A stretch of DNA of 62,370 nucleotides, counting the filler, from Choristocarpus tenellus KU-1152 (Eukaryota; Protista; Phaeophyceae): the NCBI GenBank assembly GCA_964200185.2. It is 8 parts of 8 records of this genome, joined end to end, with 100 filler letters (N's around TTAATTAATTAA, not from the genome) between each part and the next. Parts side by side here need not be neighbours in the genome. Positions count along the whole stretch, not along the records: positions 25,095 to 49,615 come from CAXNAD020000208.1; positions 49,716 to 58,639 come from CAXNAD020004193.1; positions 58,740 to 62,370 come from CAXNAD020018845.1; 5 more parts are not named here. One strand, written 5' to 3'. Below are positions 45,566 through 59,246 of the stretch, one piece after another. How positions within the stretch are numbered: position 1 is the stretch's first letter; each line of letters opens with the position of its first letter. A program made the position numbers and the translations under genes. Below the pieces are notes generated by a model. It searched no databases and was not told where the DNA came from. It worked only from the letters and a program-made list of their open reading frames with translations.

Positions 45566-47356
45566 AACACAGACAACAAACCTTCAATAACCGCAGCAGA
45601 CTCTCAAGACCAAGATACGAATCCAACAACTGTGTTCTCACAATGTCACAATAAAATGTTATTTTTTCACCCAATGCACTAATAGGCACCACAAAATGTT
45701 ACCACTATTAGTAGCAGCAGCTCACCACAGGCAGGCACCTTAGACAAACAAAACATCATCACCACCATGAAGGCATAGCACTAAATCCCTACTACCTCCT
45801 GCAAGAGGATGGCAACATACAATCACAAGGGGCTCATCCCCCCCGAGAAAATCTTGACTACACCATAGACGGGAGCTTTACTGGAGCTCCAAAGCCAGTC
45901 TTACAGTTCCAAGGCAACACACCCTTCGTTTGGGTAGAATATGCATAGTTCCCTTGTCTTACTCAACCCCTAATCCACATTTGCCCGTAAACTTCAAAAC
46001 ATAGAAATTTAGAATATTTGTATATTTATCGTGTATATCCATTCCCAGCATGCTGAAATATTTCCAAGCACACTTGAACATGTACACACAGACTGGTAAG
46101 CCCCCTATACCCAATCTTAGCAAGAGTTGACCAGCTTCTTCATGCTGTATACATAACGCCATACGAAGGTGACACATACAAAATCACATGAACTACAGCA
46201 CTGTGATAATAATTCCAACGAATTGAAAGACACACCCACACCACTCAGAGGAGTGACAGGGGGAGGAAGCACTGGTAAACAAAAGTAGGAAACGACACAA
46301 AGTGCGGTGAAGACATCTCTAACATGAGTCTTGAGTGAACCAAGAACATACATCACTAACTCTTCTCGTTGAGTGGGTGATACGAACAATCCATAAACAT
46401 ACTTGAAATTTCTACTGACAAATAGATAAAAGCCAGGGTTGAAAATTCACTACAAGTCGATTTTACATCTTTTTTTGGATTGCCACGGATATCGAGCTTC
46501 CACAACTTCTGATCCACTCTTCCTCTCCATGCAAGTTTTGGTCATCCTAGAGATGACCGGATCTCCGGCACCATCTTCTCCCACCTCAAGCTCCTCTCTC
46601 TCTCCTCTTCCCTGACATCGTATCACAAAGTATAGGATTTTAACATTTACTGGGGTCAGAGATCTAGCAAGTCTAGTAGGCCAAGCCCATTAATCTCTCT
46701 GATGTCAACTTTAGAGCCTTATACTCACAACTCATGTGGTTAGAACACACATGGAATCATCCACAAGAACTGACAAAAAGTGTAGCTTCTTCCTTACTAC
46801 CCTCAACCCGTCTGCTTGAGTCTATTGGAAAAATATTTCATGTCCCTGATCCTTCTCCCTTTCGTACCTAAACATGAAACGTGGCAGAATGGGAATATTG
46901 GAAGGGAGATGTTACCACAGAGCACACAAAATGAGCTACAAACAAGTCCCAGCCCGAGGTAAGCCTCCCAGTATACATACTTCTATTCTCGGCCATCTTA
47001 GGCTTGCAGCTGTTGCATACTTTGGAAGGCAATTCAAAATGGAGACCTACCTAAAATATCAACAGCAATAGGAATACAAACAAGAGTTCTTGCAGTATGG
47101 ATAGAAACATTTAGGTGAATGTTGATCATCGCAATTTATTCCACAACAAAACATCTACAGCATAAGTTGCACCAAGTCCTACATACCCTCTGTAGGAATA
47201 GAACTCTGACAGGTGTAAGAATTCAGTACTTGCTTTCAACATTCAGCACAATGCCTTGCAACCTTAGGGACTGATCCCTAGCTCAAGCGCCACCCAATTG
47301 GCACCACATTCTCCTCTGAGTATCATTGGGTGGATACTCAAAAAGGAAACTCATTT

Positions 47357-47540
47357 GGGTCAAAGTATCTGGGGGGGGGGTGCCGGCGTCCGTTTTTCAC
47401 CCTTTTTCGATTTTCACTTTTTTGGTGTGATTTGATCACACGTGTCGGATTTGAAATGTCAGCAAAAGAAAAAGTTGTTAGACCGAAACGGACGCCCCCT
47501 CACAAACCACCCCCCACCCCCCCCCCAGATACTTTGAACC
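47357..47540 (+). mobile_element. MITE family B variant (same ends, different core)
   Basis: gggtcaaagtatctggggg ... ccccccagatactttgaacc; flanks attt/tttt. Confidence 0.75.
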
Positions 47541-48400
47541 TTTTTTCGGCAGAAATTTGTGAAATATTTGAGGATATCAATTTTGTGAGTTTTAGGCAGT
47601 TTCTTTTGGTTTGTTGAAATGCTGCCCTAAATAGGGATATGAAACGTTCCATGGCTAATGCATCCTATGGTATACCCAATGCGAAATTCTTGAAGGTGTA
47701 AGCTACCCTACCATCGTAACTGCTTCTTCTTACATGTACCATGCCTTGAGATGACTTCTTACATCTCAGCTCAACAAGAGCATAGAACCAAGCCTTCAAT
47801 AACTTTCGATAGCTAAAGATGAAATCTAGCCTCATAAATATTTCATGATTTGAAGGGGGAATTACATGTGCTGATGTGGTATGTATGTGTGTTGTTGACA
47901 TGCGTAGGTAGTAGAACTCTACAAAACTTACAAGTAATTTGTTAAAACATCTGTCCATGTATGAGGGGTTATCCAAATCCAACACTAACGATTCAAAATA
48001 TTCATGAAAATTTCAAGCACTATTCCACCCTACTATACACCCAAGTATTTACTCATCTAAGTATTTTCTCAGTACCCTGCGAGAGTAGAGTACTGTGCCG
48101 TGGATGGCGTTGCTCCACATGCACTTGCCTATATATATATATACATGATTCCAGATATTTATACATCCTCTAAATCATTCTATGTAGTACAATTTACCCA
48201 AATATTGGATTTAGCGTTTTCTGCATTCTTCACACGTCCAATAGTCCACAAATCCTCAATCTTGCTGTCTATTAGGCGTTACTGTTGCCAGTACCATGAT
48301 GGCAGATGGTAGTGTTACTCAATGTGGTATCTCATACACAGGATCTCACTCTATCAAGGGATAAGAACAAGTGAAATTTAGAAAGCATCAATGCAGTCAC

Positions 48401-48625
48401 CTGTTGGACTTCCACGCTTGCAACTTGCTGTTCAGCTTCTTCCTCCCCTTCGTCTTTCTCGCCCACCTCTTCTTCCTCTCCCACCTCATCTCCCTCTCCT
48501 ACCTCCTCTTCCTCGCCCTCTTCCTTTTCCACCTCCTCCTCATCATCTTTATCCTCTTCCTCACTATCTTCTTCCTCTTCCCCCTCCTCCACATCCTCCA
48601 CGACCTCATTTGTCTCCTCACCATG
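48401..48625 (-). other. Glu/Asp-rich exon-like block, possibly part of a decayed gene or TE spanning ~45700-49260
   Basis: EDVEEGEEEEDSEEEDKDDEEE...VEVQQ ends at a gtgac donor; neighbouring minus-strand blocks contain stops. Confidence 0.35.
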
Positions 48626-49421
48626 CTCAGGCAGGTTCAGAAGGGGAATCTGGCAAGGATTGTATGGGCAAGAACAGTTTTAGTGGTTGCAAATATGAGA
48701 GAATGGGAACAAGGGCATGACCAGATCGATATATCATGACCTGTTAAGGTCGACAAGCGCAATGCACCTCAACAATGGCCCCAATATCAACAAACAAAGA
48801 AGAGTTTTGCATACTTCGCACACTTGATCCAACTTTTAGAAAAATGGAGCACAGATTCGAGATTCCAAATAGTGTATAAAGGTGGGCTTCTCTGTATTTG
48901 TGTGATAACACATATTTGCATTACGTTTTCACTACTGTTCTACTGCATCTATGCTACAAGGGCAATTAATTATGAGGGTCTTCAGAGAATAGGGAAAGGA
49001 CAATATTACCTCACCAGAGGCCGCTCTCCACCAAGGACTAAAAAATTTCGCCCCACCCCATGCTGCCTCTTGCATAGATGATATCTTGCAGAAATATTTC
49101 CACCCCTGCACATTTTGGGAGGGCTAATGTAAGAGGTGCAGGCTTCGCTTGATAACTGCAGGGATGGTAGGGGCACAGTCACATGAATCTGTGTGTGTTG
49201 CGTCAGAAACTTCAGCCCAAGGTATTAAGGTTGTGACGGGATTTGAGGTCAATATCATGAGGCTCCACGTTGATAGTCAGATGAGTAGAAATGAAACAAG
49301 TGGTTGCTAATCTACAATATGTCAGTAAGCACGAAAGAATTCCAGAGTATATACGTGTGTATAAGTAGTACCGTCAGGAATATTTTCAAGTGGTGGAAGT
49401 TCCTGGCAAGAAGTTACGTCT

Positions 49422-49615
49422 GAGTGAAAGTATCTTAGAGGGTACGAATTTTGCCCTGTTTGTCCATTTGGGGCTTGGTTTCCATTGGGATTCGTATGAC
49501 ATTTTCCCACTCGAAAAAAATTCAGAGCAGGTAAAATGTATATGTTATGAAATGGTGTGTCCAGAACAAGGATGTTGGCACTTCCTAACAAACACGATAG
49601 ACAAAATTACATCGA
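49422..49615 (+). mobile_element. MITE family A, truncated by contig end
   Basis: gagtgaaagtatcttagagggtacgaattttgccctg... Confidence 0.88.
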
Positions 49616-49715
49616 NNNNNNNNNNNNNNNNNNNNNNNNNNNNNNNNNNNNNNNNNNNNTTAATTAATTAANNNNNNNNNNNNNNNNNNNNNNNNNNNNN
49701 NNNNNNNNNNNNNNN
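49616..49715. other. Artificial contig linker
   Basis: 44 N + TTAATTAATTAA + 44 N. Confidence 0.98.
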
Positions 49716-49944
49716 GTAAAGATCACCACATGGGAAACAAGGGGTCCGTATTTTTTCCTGGGAAGTGGCTCAATTTACTTGTAGGGGGTGGAAATATAGA
49801 GTGTTCGATGAGGGCGGTCTCTCGCCCTTGGCACACAAACATAGGGTTAGGGATAGCCCTCTCAAGTCCTGAGTTCAAACTGGATCTTCCTCTCTCGGGA
49901 ACTCAAAACATACCCTAACCCTGTATCACATGGGGCAAGAGTTA

Positions 49945-49972
49945 CTAACCCTAACCCTAACCCTAACCCTAA
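49945..49972 (-). repeat. Interstitial telomere-like (CCCTAA)n
   Basis: taaccctaaccctaaccctaaccctaa. Confidence 0.8.
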
Positions 49973-50712
49973 AATGAGTATGTACATACCTGCGTATATG
50001 CATAAATATGTATGTATCCTACAGTACTCTGGTACACCCACAGGAAACCACTCTGTGACCTCCATAGACGCATCGTAAAAAGATTCATCAAAAATAAAAA
50101 ACGAAAAAAAAAACAGTGAAAAAAGAAAAGAAAAGAAAAGGCACTCACGCGCAACAGTGTACATCTTTGTCGAGGCAAAAAGCAAAATAACAATATTAAC
50201 AAAATATAACAGCAACTGGCGCAACAATAAAAAAAAAAGCTATAGACGGTCCCGTTACACTATATTATAGACAGAGGTGCATGACGTACATCAGGGACAA
50301 CGAATGCTCGTCCATAAACTCTCCATTTCTCAGACAGCAGCCGAGAAAAAATGAAAAAAAAATTGCTCGCATCACTGTAATCTTCTTGCACATGGAATGG
50401 CATTGCCATAGCACACCTAAGGGGATAAATATGCTGCTCAACCCGACCATAAAAATTATTCCTGAACTCTCCACTGTGTAGACGCACGCCCCTTTGGCCA
50501 TGATCGCAACAAACTCCCTTCCCACAAACGGAATCAGAGGCTTGAAGGCCGATCGATGTCTCCATCCACCGATGTCACACACCCAGTGCAAAACACTAGA
50601 TTCGAGAGAAAAAAATATCAAAAAAAATCTTGGCACTTTTTTTCTTCTGTGTCCCCATCGGAAAACACGCCACTCCGCCCGCACCTTGGATTGCAGGTAT
50701 ATCCCTTTTTCT

Positions 50713-50764
50713 ATAATAATAATAATAATAATAATAATGATGATGATGATGATGATGATGATGT
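50713..50764. repeat. Compound (AAT)n(GAT)n microsatellite
   Basis: ataataata...atgatgatg; a second (AAT)n at ~50860-50880. Confidence 0.9.
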
Positions 50765-51156
50765 GGAAGTATCAAGGAGGATATGTGTATGACTGCACAC
50801 CACATCCAGAGAATGTGTGCTTGGGAGATCCCAGAAAAGGGACCCCCGTCCCTGACAACAATAATAATAATAATAATAATGGGGTATTTATTTCCATCAC
50901 ATACACATATATGAATAAAATCAGTTCAAGACGCCAACAGAAAATTTAACATATGTCAAAATTGGGCAACGGGACAGAGTCACCCCACCCAGAAAACACA
51001 CCCACTATTACGAATATTTGATTCAAGACCGAGTCATACATATATATAGTGAAAAAAAAAACGGAACAAATTTAGACCAATAGAAAATTCCAGGGCTTCT
51101 ACTGGACTGAGCATTACTAAAATGGTCCAGTCCACTGGCTGGACCGGACTGGTCCC

Positions 51157-51417
51157 GAGTGAAAGTATCCTAGAGAGTACGAGTTTTGCCTTGTTTGTCC
51201 ATTTGGAGCCGACTTCCTACAGGACTTTTTTTATTTCAGTTTACCTACTCTGAAAATTTCAGAGTAGGTAAAATATATACGTTATGAAAAGTTATGTCCG
51301 GAACAAGGATGTTGACACTTCCCAACAAAGACGATAGCCAAATTTTTATCAAAATCGCAACATTGGATTCTTGCCCCTAATATGGACGCGGATCTACGCT
51401 CTAATTTACTTCAACTC
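51157..51417 (+). mobile_element. MITE family A, full diverged copy
   Basis: TSD tccc on both sides; inserted in a gtccactgg-repeat-rich tract. Confidence 0.85.
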
Positions 51418-52699
51418 TCCCACAATTAGTTAACATATCCAGACCATGTCCACTGGGTATTGCAATGGTCAATATCCACTGACCCGGATCTAAGATTCTC
51501 TAACATGTCCGAACAATGCCCACTGGGTAATTGTACCGGCCCATGTCCGCCAGCCTGCTAGTCTAACTCTTTCCTTGCACGTTCGGACCATGTTCACTAG
51601 GTGTTATAGTAGTCCAGCAGTTAAAAAATGTGTGCATGTATATGTTGAAGGTTAAGTTATACTCCAGTATGCCCATGATACATCGTACTTTTTCGATTCG
51701 TGGTTCAAAATCATAGAGAATATTTAGTGAGGATTAGAGAAGGTACACACACGCAGGGAATTTTCAATTTAAATTTTCCAAATGTATATATATTTTTTAC
51801 ACATTTGACCCTTGTCGAACGGGGGTCGAAACACATCTTGAAGTCAAAAATCGCCTCAGCCTTCTTAATACCAAACACAAAACGATATATCTTGTATTCT
51901 TTTTATAGTTCTAATGGTCTTTAAAATTACAAAACAGAAAATAATACAGAAGTATCCATATATATTTACATTTCAAGCATTAAGATAGTATTTAAAGTAT
52001 TATATATTTAGTACTTAGAGTAACAGTAGTAGTATAGGATATAAGCTACAATAGAGGGGCATGACCATGATGTGGTCGGCCCAAGAGTAAAAAAAATCTT
52101 ACCTGGCCGGCCATGATAAGTTGGGATAACATGGTCGAGTCCATGGCTGTCACTACTCAACATGAATGGGGCTGCCAGCTGGCCATGCACAACCAAGTTC
52201 GGACATGACCGAGTCCATGGTCATCGATCATTTCAACACAATATGACCATATGGAATACAGTGAACACACTAACTGCCCAGACTGGTGAAAAATCCTGTA
52301 AATTTCTATGTGTCACGATGAGCCAATAGGATTCATCCACCTATATATTTCAAAACGGATCTTACTCCCCTCTTTATCGCTTTGCATGCATCAACGAAGG
52401 ATTCAAGCCCATGTATGTACAGCTACCCCAAAGCACTAAGTACATATTTAGTGTCAACATAGACAACCTCAGACATCCTCACAGATGGATTCGCTACATA
52501 CATGTACACACACACATATCACACATCTCACTAGTACATCGTAACCATAGCACCATTCGACACTTGCACCTAGATAGGTCAACATGATGTGTCCTCATAA
52601 TTAGAGAAGACGTGTCACTAACCCTAATTACATACACGTACACAACACCTCCTAGTAACAGGAATATTTTGTGCAAAAAAGACATTTATGATCCTCTGT

Positions 52700-55500
52700 T
52701 TTTTGAGGTGTGATCCGAATAACTCGAGGATGGTAGCACACACACACAAAGAACAATCCTAGTTTGGAGTGGGGTGCCGTGAGTATTTGCACGTCCTTGT
52801 TACTGCCCTGTGACACATGTGCTTCTTACCACCAGGTGGTCCATTTCGCATCAATGAGGACGAACGTTTGTCTTCTCCATTATGACCACAGGCCTCATAA
52901 TCGAGGACTGGTTCAGACACATTTCAGGAAAGGGAGTGGGGTATCAGTCTGAAGGTTCAAATCCTCAAAAGTTCTCACAAGTGCCTAAACACACCTTCCA
53001 CCAAGTAGCACGACCCGAAGTGCTGCAAAACAAGAACCAAAGCCGCCAGGTATTTTTGATTTTGAACCGTGCTTGCATTTCTTCAAAAGAACCACAAAAA
53101 ATGTTGGCACTAACACTCAACTGTATCGGATGTCGGGTCTTGCACCCTTGTGAATCTTACTCACCCCACAAAGGGTTTTCATTAAATTACGAAACATGTA
53201 CCTCTCATTCCAACCATGTAGTGCAACGTTGCACCCTCTATTATGTTCTTGCCCACAACAACCACCATCTCAAAGCTCCATTTCCACTCACTATAAGCAC
53301 TGTAACCTAACAATTTGAAGTTATTAATGTGTGTATAAGCATACAACATACACGTACATGCATTCTGAACAATTATCTCGGGTTGAATACTCAATGAAGC
53401 CCCTCAAGACAAAGAACTTGAACCATCTAAAAGAGCAGGTGATGAACCAGTAACAGCTTGTGAGAGTCGCACTACAACTATCGTAAGTGGGAACAATGAA
53501 GTACTCGACACGAGAATTGTATTGTATTCAGGACACTAGAAATATTCGTATCACTATGAACACTTCAAAATATCTACAAGCCATATTCTTAATACTACCT
53601 AGTATCCTTTCTACTGGCAGTCATGCAAAGTTGTTTTTGGAAACTTAAGCTGAGTCCCATACAGAGAACAACTCCTCATCAACACCTTGGAACCAGTCTT
53701 CCATCAAGCTGTGGAAACATTCCGTGCCTTGATACACATATATTGTCCCATTTGTTCATCTCAGCCTCCTTCGCCCATCCTCACCAGGGTATAGACACCC
53801 ACTTGCAGGGCTGAACACCAGTGGCCCTTATACTAAGGTCCTCCAGGTTGCTTTCATAAGGGATGGATCGTGGTTCCTGGCCGTCACACCCTGGCACTGA
53901 GTAGTCAAGATCTTGATACGTCATAGCTGCATTGTTCTACCAACCCATCATCGTCTTGTAATTAGGCAATGGCCTACCTGAAATTTCCCTTAAAGCCTTT
54001 CCAAGCTTATCCTGATTGATACTTCTTGTTGCAAACAGTTTTTCCCTGAACATACTGAGATACTGCTGATGTACTGTTCCATTGAGACACTCCTACTTGA
54101 AGACGAACAAGAGGAACATTATCCAAGGACTCTTCATCCAAGCTCATCCAAATCAGGATCCTTGTGAACAGCACTCACTCAACGTCCATACTGAAGCCTC
54201 TTATTGTCAGCCTTTATCTTGGCCATGATTATCCTATCATTACATACAAATCGGCACCGCAAGACATAGACGCAACAACCACAATTACCTTAACTGCTTG
54301 AGTAAAGTCGCTCCTGACCAGAACTCCCCCTCTTCCTGAAATGGACAATAATAATAAGCACTAACACATACAATAGCTCAGTTAGTTTGTAATGATAGCT
54401 CTCCTCAACGCTGCTGATTATCAGGACATTTCCACCTCTTGCAATCTCAACCTGAATTCCTTTCAGAAATAGCAAGAGGACACATACATGGTCCATACAT
54501 GGCAGCATAATGCTATATGTGACCTTTCACCGGAGGATTACATGTATATACATTTGTGTAAATTGTAAACTCTGAGTGTGGCACTGCCACTTAGAACTAT
54601 GTCGTATAGTAAAATAATGATTGCACGACCATTAGCGGAATAAAAAAAGCCCAATTTTGAATGGCCAACTTAGTGGACAGAGCACACATAGGGGTTCTTC
54701 GTGTGGAGCACACAAGCCCTCTTGAGTCATCCACTTGGTCCAACATAGGAGATACTGTTCGCATAATCCCCTACAGAAAGACCCTGTTCAAGACACAGAG
54801 GAGGTGTGACTATTTGGCAAACTGGCCCACCACCCTTCGAGCACTGTACAACTAAGCCCTGCTTCCAACGACAACGGGAGTTGGCATCAAACTGACAGTC
54901 ATGGGAGACCTACAATACCAGTGGACTAGAGCACTACAGCCAAAGTTGGTGTTCTTGACAAAGCAGGGATCAGGGTACATGCTCCTTCACTTGATACTTA
55001 TTGAACAAACTGTTGGGTACAGAATAAACATATCAACAGATAGGAGAAAGAACATGCACATTTCCCCCTTCAGTCTACAACAACACCAGCTTCAAATGAG
55101 GCACACGAGTCTGCTGGTCTAGCAACTCCCTCAACGCTTTGATGCGACACCAAGTTCCGGTTTTGTTACTATACGCATGGGGTACACGAAGGGACACGGT
55201 ATGACAACCAACAGAGCAGCACACAATACGAAATAGTAGAAGTACCTGCCAGTGCTTTCTTAGTGGGCAGGCAGACAACAACAGTAGCGACTCACAGAGG
55301 AGCACCTGCCATAAAGGTAGTACAAGTACCTGCCAGCCTCGAAGTCGTACTCAGAGATTGAAGGGTGTACCACCACGGCTATGCCCACCATCCACACTGG
55401 GAACTGCATGGTCAGTATCTGCAAGGCAGGATGCCACATATCTGCTGTATGCAACACCAACACCTTGTAGTTACGGTACACCTGTGGTTAGGCGATAGGC
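52700..55500 (-). mobile_element. Possible decayed intron-containing DNA transposon (CACTA/Plavaka-like)
   Basis: Exon-like blocks with splice signals (e.g. 55329-55482 and ~55075-55245) joining ...YDFEAG-(R)VLLLFRI, loosely like the Plavaka/CACTA C-terminal ARV.LFF motif. Many stops; flanked by short subterminal-type repeats at ~51100-52250. Confidence 0.25.
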
Positions 55501-56441
55501 GTAGAGTAGTAGCATTATTGAGGGCTTGGGTTAGTATAGTGTGTTGCAGTGAAAAGTATATTGATGTTTACAATATTATGCTGATGTGAGCTTCAGCACC
55601 ATAGAGATAGGAGGCGCTTCTTCCAAGATGAGCTGCTGTTGATACAAACACAACCTGAGGTCAGAATAGTGAAATTGGCACACAAACTACAGAACCAAGT
55701 AGTAGTAACACAGTCCGGGCTGGCTTTTCTGCCCTTAGGTGGTCACATCAGGATGCATTCCTAGGGGTAGCTATTTGTCACAGTCAAGGGCATTCAATTG
55801 ACAGCCCTAACTATGAAGAAACACCTTACCCCAGAGTGGGCTAAGAAGTTGCAGAGCGGAAAAAATCTCCCATCAAATTAGGTGATTATGCCGAGCGAGA
55901 ACGGTAGAGCAACAATATTTGCAATTTGCAGTCCTGTGTGGCACAAAAAAATGTGTTACAAATAGGGCTGCAGTTTTAAGACATCACTACGCATGAAACC
56001 ATTGACGATAAATCTTCCTACATGTCCGTCCAAGTTAGTGAAATATTAATCAAAGGTAATACTCCCACACCAACCTCCAATTTCCAAGTCCACTGGAGTA
56101 AAGAATTTTCTGTTTTTAGTCGGCAGTCCACCACATAATACTTCTACCTAGTCCACTGGCAGAGTTAATGAGTCTCTGCAGACTGGAGACAGGGGCATGA
56201 CAGGACTCGGTCCTTACCTTGTACCAAAAAGGTTTTGAACCCATGGGTAAGACAAAGAGGACGATTCAATGAATGTACTGACGACTGCAACCAATGGGCT
56301 CCCTTGATGTGGCCGTAGGCAAGCCATGTGCAGATTTAATAGAGCATGCAAAGTCTGATGAACACTACTAGCTAAGACAACAAATCTAAACTAAAACGAA
56401 ATTGCCTGAGTGCGAAACACACATAAGAAGCTTCATGCACT

Positions 56442-56625
56442 GGCTCAAAGTATCTGGGGGGGAGGGGGTGGCGGCTGTCCATTTGGGTTCAATTTTTTCA
56501 TGTCGCGATTTATGGATTATTTGGTTGCATACGTCAAATGGATAATATAAATGCACTTTTCCTTATTTTGGCCCAAATGTACACCCTGGTGTAGAACCTC
56601 CCCCCCTCCGCAGATATTTTGGGTC
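56442..56625 (+). mobile_element. MITE family B, short derivative starting at the internal TIR
   Basis: ggctcaaagtatctggggg...cagatattttgggtc; body aligns with 45390-45565. Confidence 0.75.
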
Positions 56626-58639
56626 ACTATGTATGTATATATATATATATTCATTTTTCTTATCCTAGGCTCATATCGTTCCTTTCCTACTGCCTCACTT
56701 GAATAAAGTACACTCAATCATAGTCATTAGAAGCAATCACCATGCCGGCGTGTAACTACACATGAAAACCCGTACATGTATATAGGAATGTTATTTATTC
56801 ATAGTTTTAAATACTTCAATATCCCTACTACCGGAATCAAACTCCTTTATTGACTACTTCCTCTCTTGCCTGCAGTTTACCAATAAAGGTAAGTGCAGTA
56901 GTAGTAGTAGTAGTAGTAGAAGAAGACTTTCCTTCTAGCACTATGCATTGCGCAACAGACACATAACTATTACTTTACCTCGTACATGAAAAGGGCCATA
57001 CTCACATGCAAGTAGTATTGGCTGGAACTATCACTAACAAACGAAGTACAGGCAGAACTCCTTCACTAAGAGCAGTTGTTGTCTACTACTTCGTACAGTA
57101 CATTGTAGCCTGTACAGAAATGTTCTGACTGGTAACATCTATACAAATTGGGGAGTCAGGAGGATCATCAGGTCTCCTCGTATCGGTCAGGATCGAGTTC
57201 AAATATTTCAAACACCTTGTAAATTTTACTCTGTACCGAAATGGCAGAGAGCACTCGGGCTCCTGGGGTATGGAAAACTGAGGAAGTATCTTGTGGTTAC
57301 TGTTGTTCAGGAGCATGTTATATGTAGAGAATGGGGCAAGTATCATCCGCTGTATAAGGAACTTGATTTGGACTATCTTGGTGAGTCAGTGTGTGTGTGT
57401 CATCCTCTGGAGTATGTAAGAAGCATACACCAGGTGTAACAGAAGGGATGCATGACTTGATAGGTACATATGATCATACTGCAAGAAAACATATCATTGT
57501 ACTTCGAAGTACACTAATACACAAAGAGGATTTTGAAATTTAAAAGCACTTATGCCAAGCCATCTATAGTATGCAAGGTTTGATGCACTGCAGCTTCTTA
57601 ATCAAATAGCAAAGATGCTTTAACACCCGCTTTAGTAAATGAGATAGGTATGCTATAGAACCAAGTACAACACAAAATATGCGAAACACACTGCATACAT
57701 TACACCGTATAAGGTACACACCGAATATTGTGCTTGAAAAGCAGGAAAAAATAACAAGAGGTAAGGATAGCACCCATCAAATATCTGTTGCAACACTGTA
57801 ACATATCTCCCTTGGTCAAAACGATTTCTAGTATGTGTATCACTTCATTCCATTGACTGTAAACAGTTGGGATAAGAAAACCTCACATCATTCTAATCAC
57901 TACACTAACGAGTTGTAAAATGTGGACAACTACTCGAGAATAAATCTTGACGTCACACCGAAATATAAGGATATACAATACTTCGAAGCATGTACACCAT
58001 ATACTCACATATGTTCAAGTCCCGGCCTAAAGTGAACAACATTAACGACAAATAATGATAAATGATACAATGAAAACAGCAAACTTGTTCAACCCTATTT
58101 TTTCACAAAAATTAATATTGTACTACAATAAACAAGAATATCACAATTTTTTTGCTGGCATGATGATGAGAAATACGAGTACATATCCGATTTCCACGGA
58201 TTTCTAGCATCATAGAAGGAGGGGCGTCAGTGGGAAGGTACGACACTATGATATTATACTCAAAAGATCATCAGGGATTTCTTGGACTGTCCTACGGTAC
58301 TGTCAACCAAGATCGGCAACTACATATTCCACTAGTTGAATGTGCATACAATTTTCTCAATTAGAAAGTTAAAATTTGATGTGTGCCTCCGGTCTCCACC
58401 AGAAGATACCCTAATCAAGTAACGACAACACATACCTATCACCAAGTACAACCCATCATGTATGTAGCTGAAGGGAGGTTAGCCAGTAATTGATCAATAT
58501 TCATTGATCAGTAGCTATAATACGAATCATGTAGTGAGCAATGCAACAGTCAAGAGGAACAGTGAGCACCCTTTACTACTCTGGCATCATAACAGTAATA
58601 GTGCAATCATGGTTTGAGATATGTGAGCCAGGGAAGGGG

Positions 58640-58739
58640 NNNNNNNNNNNNNNNNNNNNNNNNNNNNNNNNNNNNNNNNNNNNTTAATTAATTAANNNNN
58701 NNNNNNNNNNNNNNNNNNNNNNNNNNNNNNNNNNNNNNN
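58640..58739. other. Artificial contig linker
   Basis: 44 N + TTAATTAATTAA + 44 N. Confidence 0.98.
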
Positions 58740-58822
58740 CTGTGCAGCGGGATCCAGCCTTCAACATGCAGGTCAATACTCCTGGTCCACCACACTATTA
58801 TATATGCCATAAGTGTCGCATT

Positions 58823-59082
58823 GTGTTAAAGTACCCTAGAGGGTACGAGCTTTGCCCTGTTTTTGTCCGTTTGGGGTTTGGCTTCCGACAGGGTTTCTAT
58901 GACATTTTCCAACTCCGAAATGTTTCCGAGTAGGTAAAATGTATACGTTATGAAAAGGTGTGTCCGGAACAAGGATATTGGCACTCCCTAACAAACACGA
59001 TAGTCAAAATTACATCAAAATCGGAACATTGGATTTTGGCCCCCAAATGGACGCGGTTCTACCCTCTAAGATATTTTGACTC
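58823..59082 (+). mobile_element. MITE family A, near-full copy
   Basis: Aligns to 2431-2698; left TIR degenerate, no clear TSD. Confidence 0.85.
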
Positions 59083-59246
59083 ACCGTTTCATATTAATGT
59101 TCGAACAGACCTACAACATAGGACCATGCAAAAACGCCCAACACGTTCCATAGTACCACCAACTCAACAGCCATACATATATCATCAATTTTACCCCTCG
59201 CCCATCATGAAAAAATAATCGGGACTTCCCTACCTTATCTCTTGCA

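Noticed and set aside
50494-50949. ORFs with poly-Ile/Met/Asn/His/Tyr
   Set aside because: Translations of (AAT)n/(GAT)n microsatellites.
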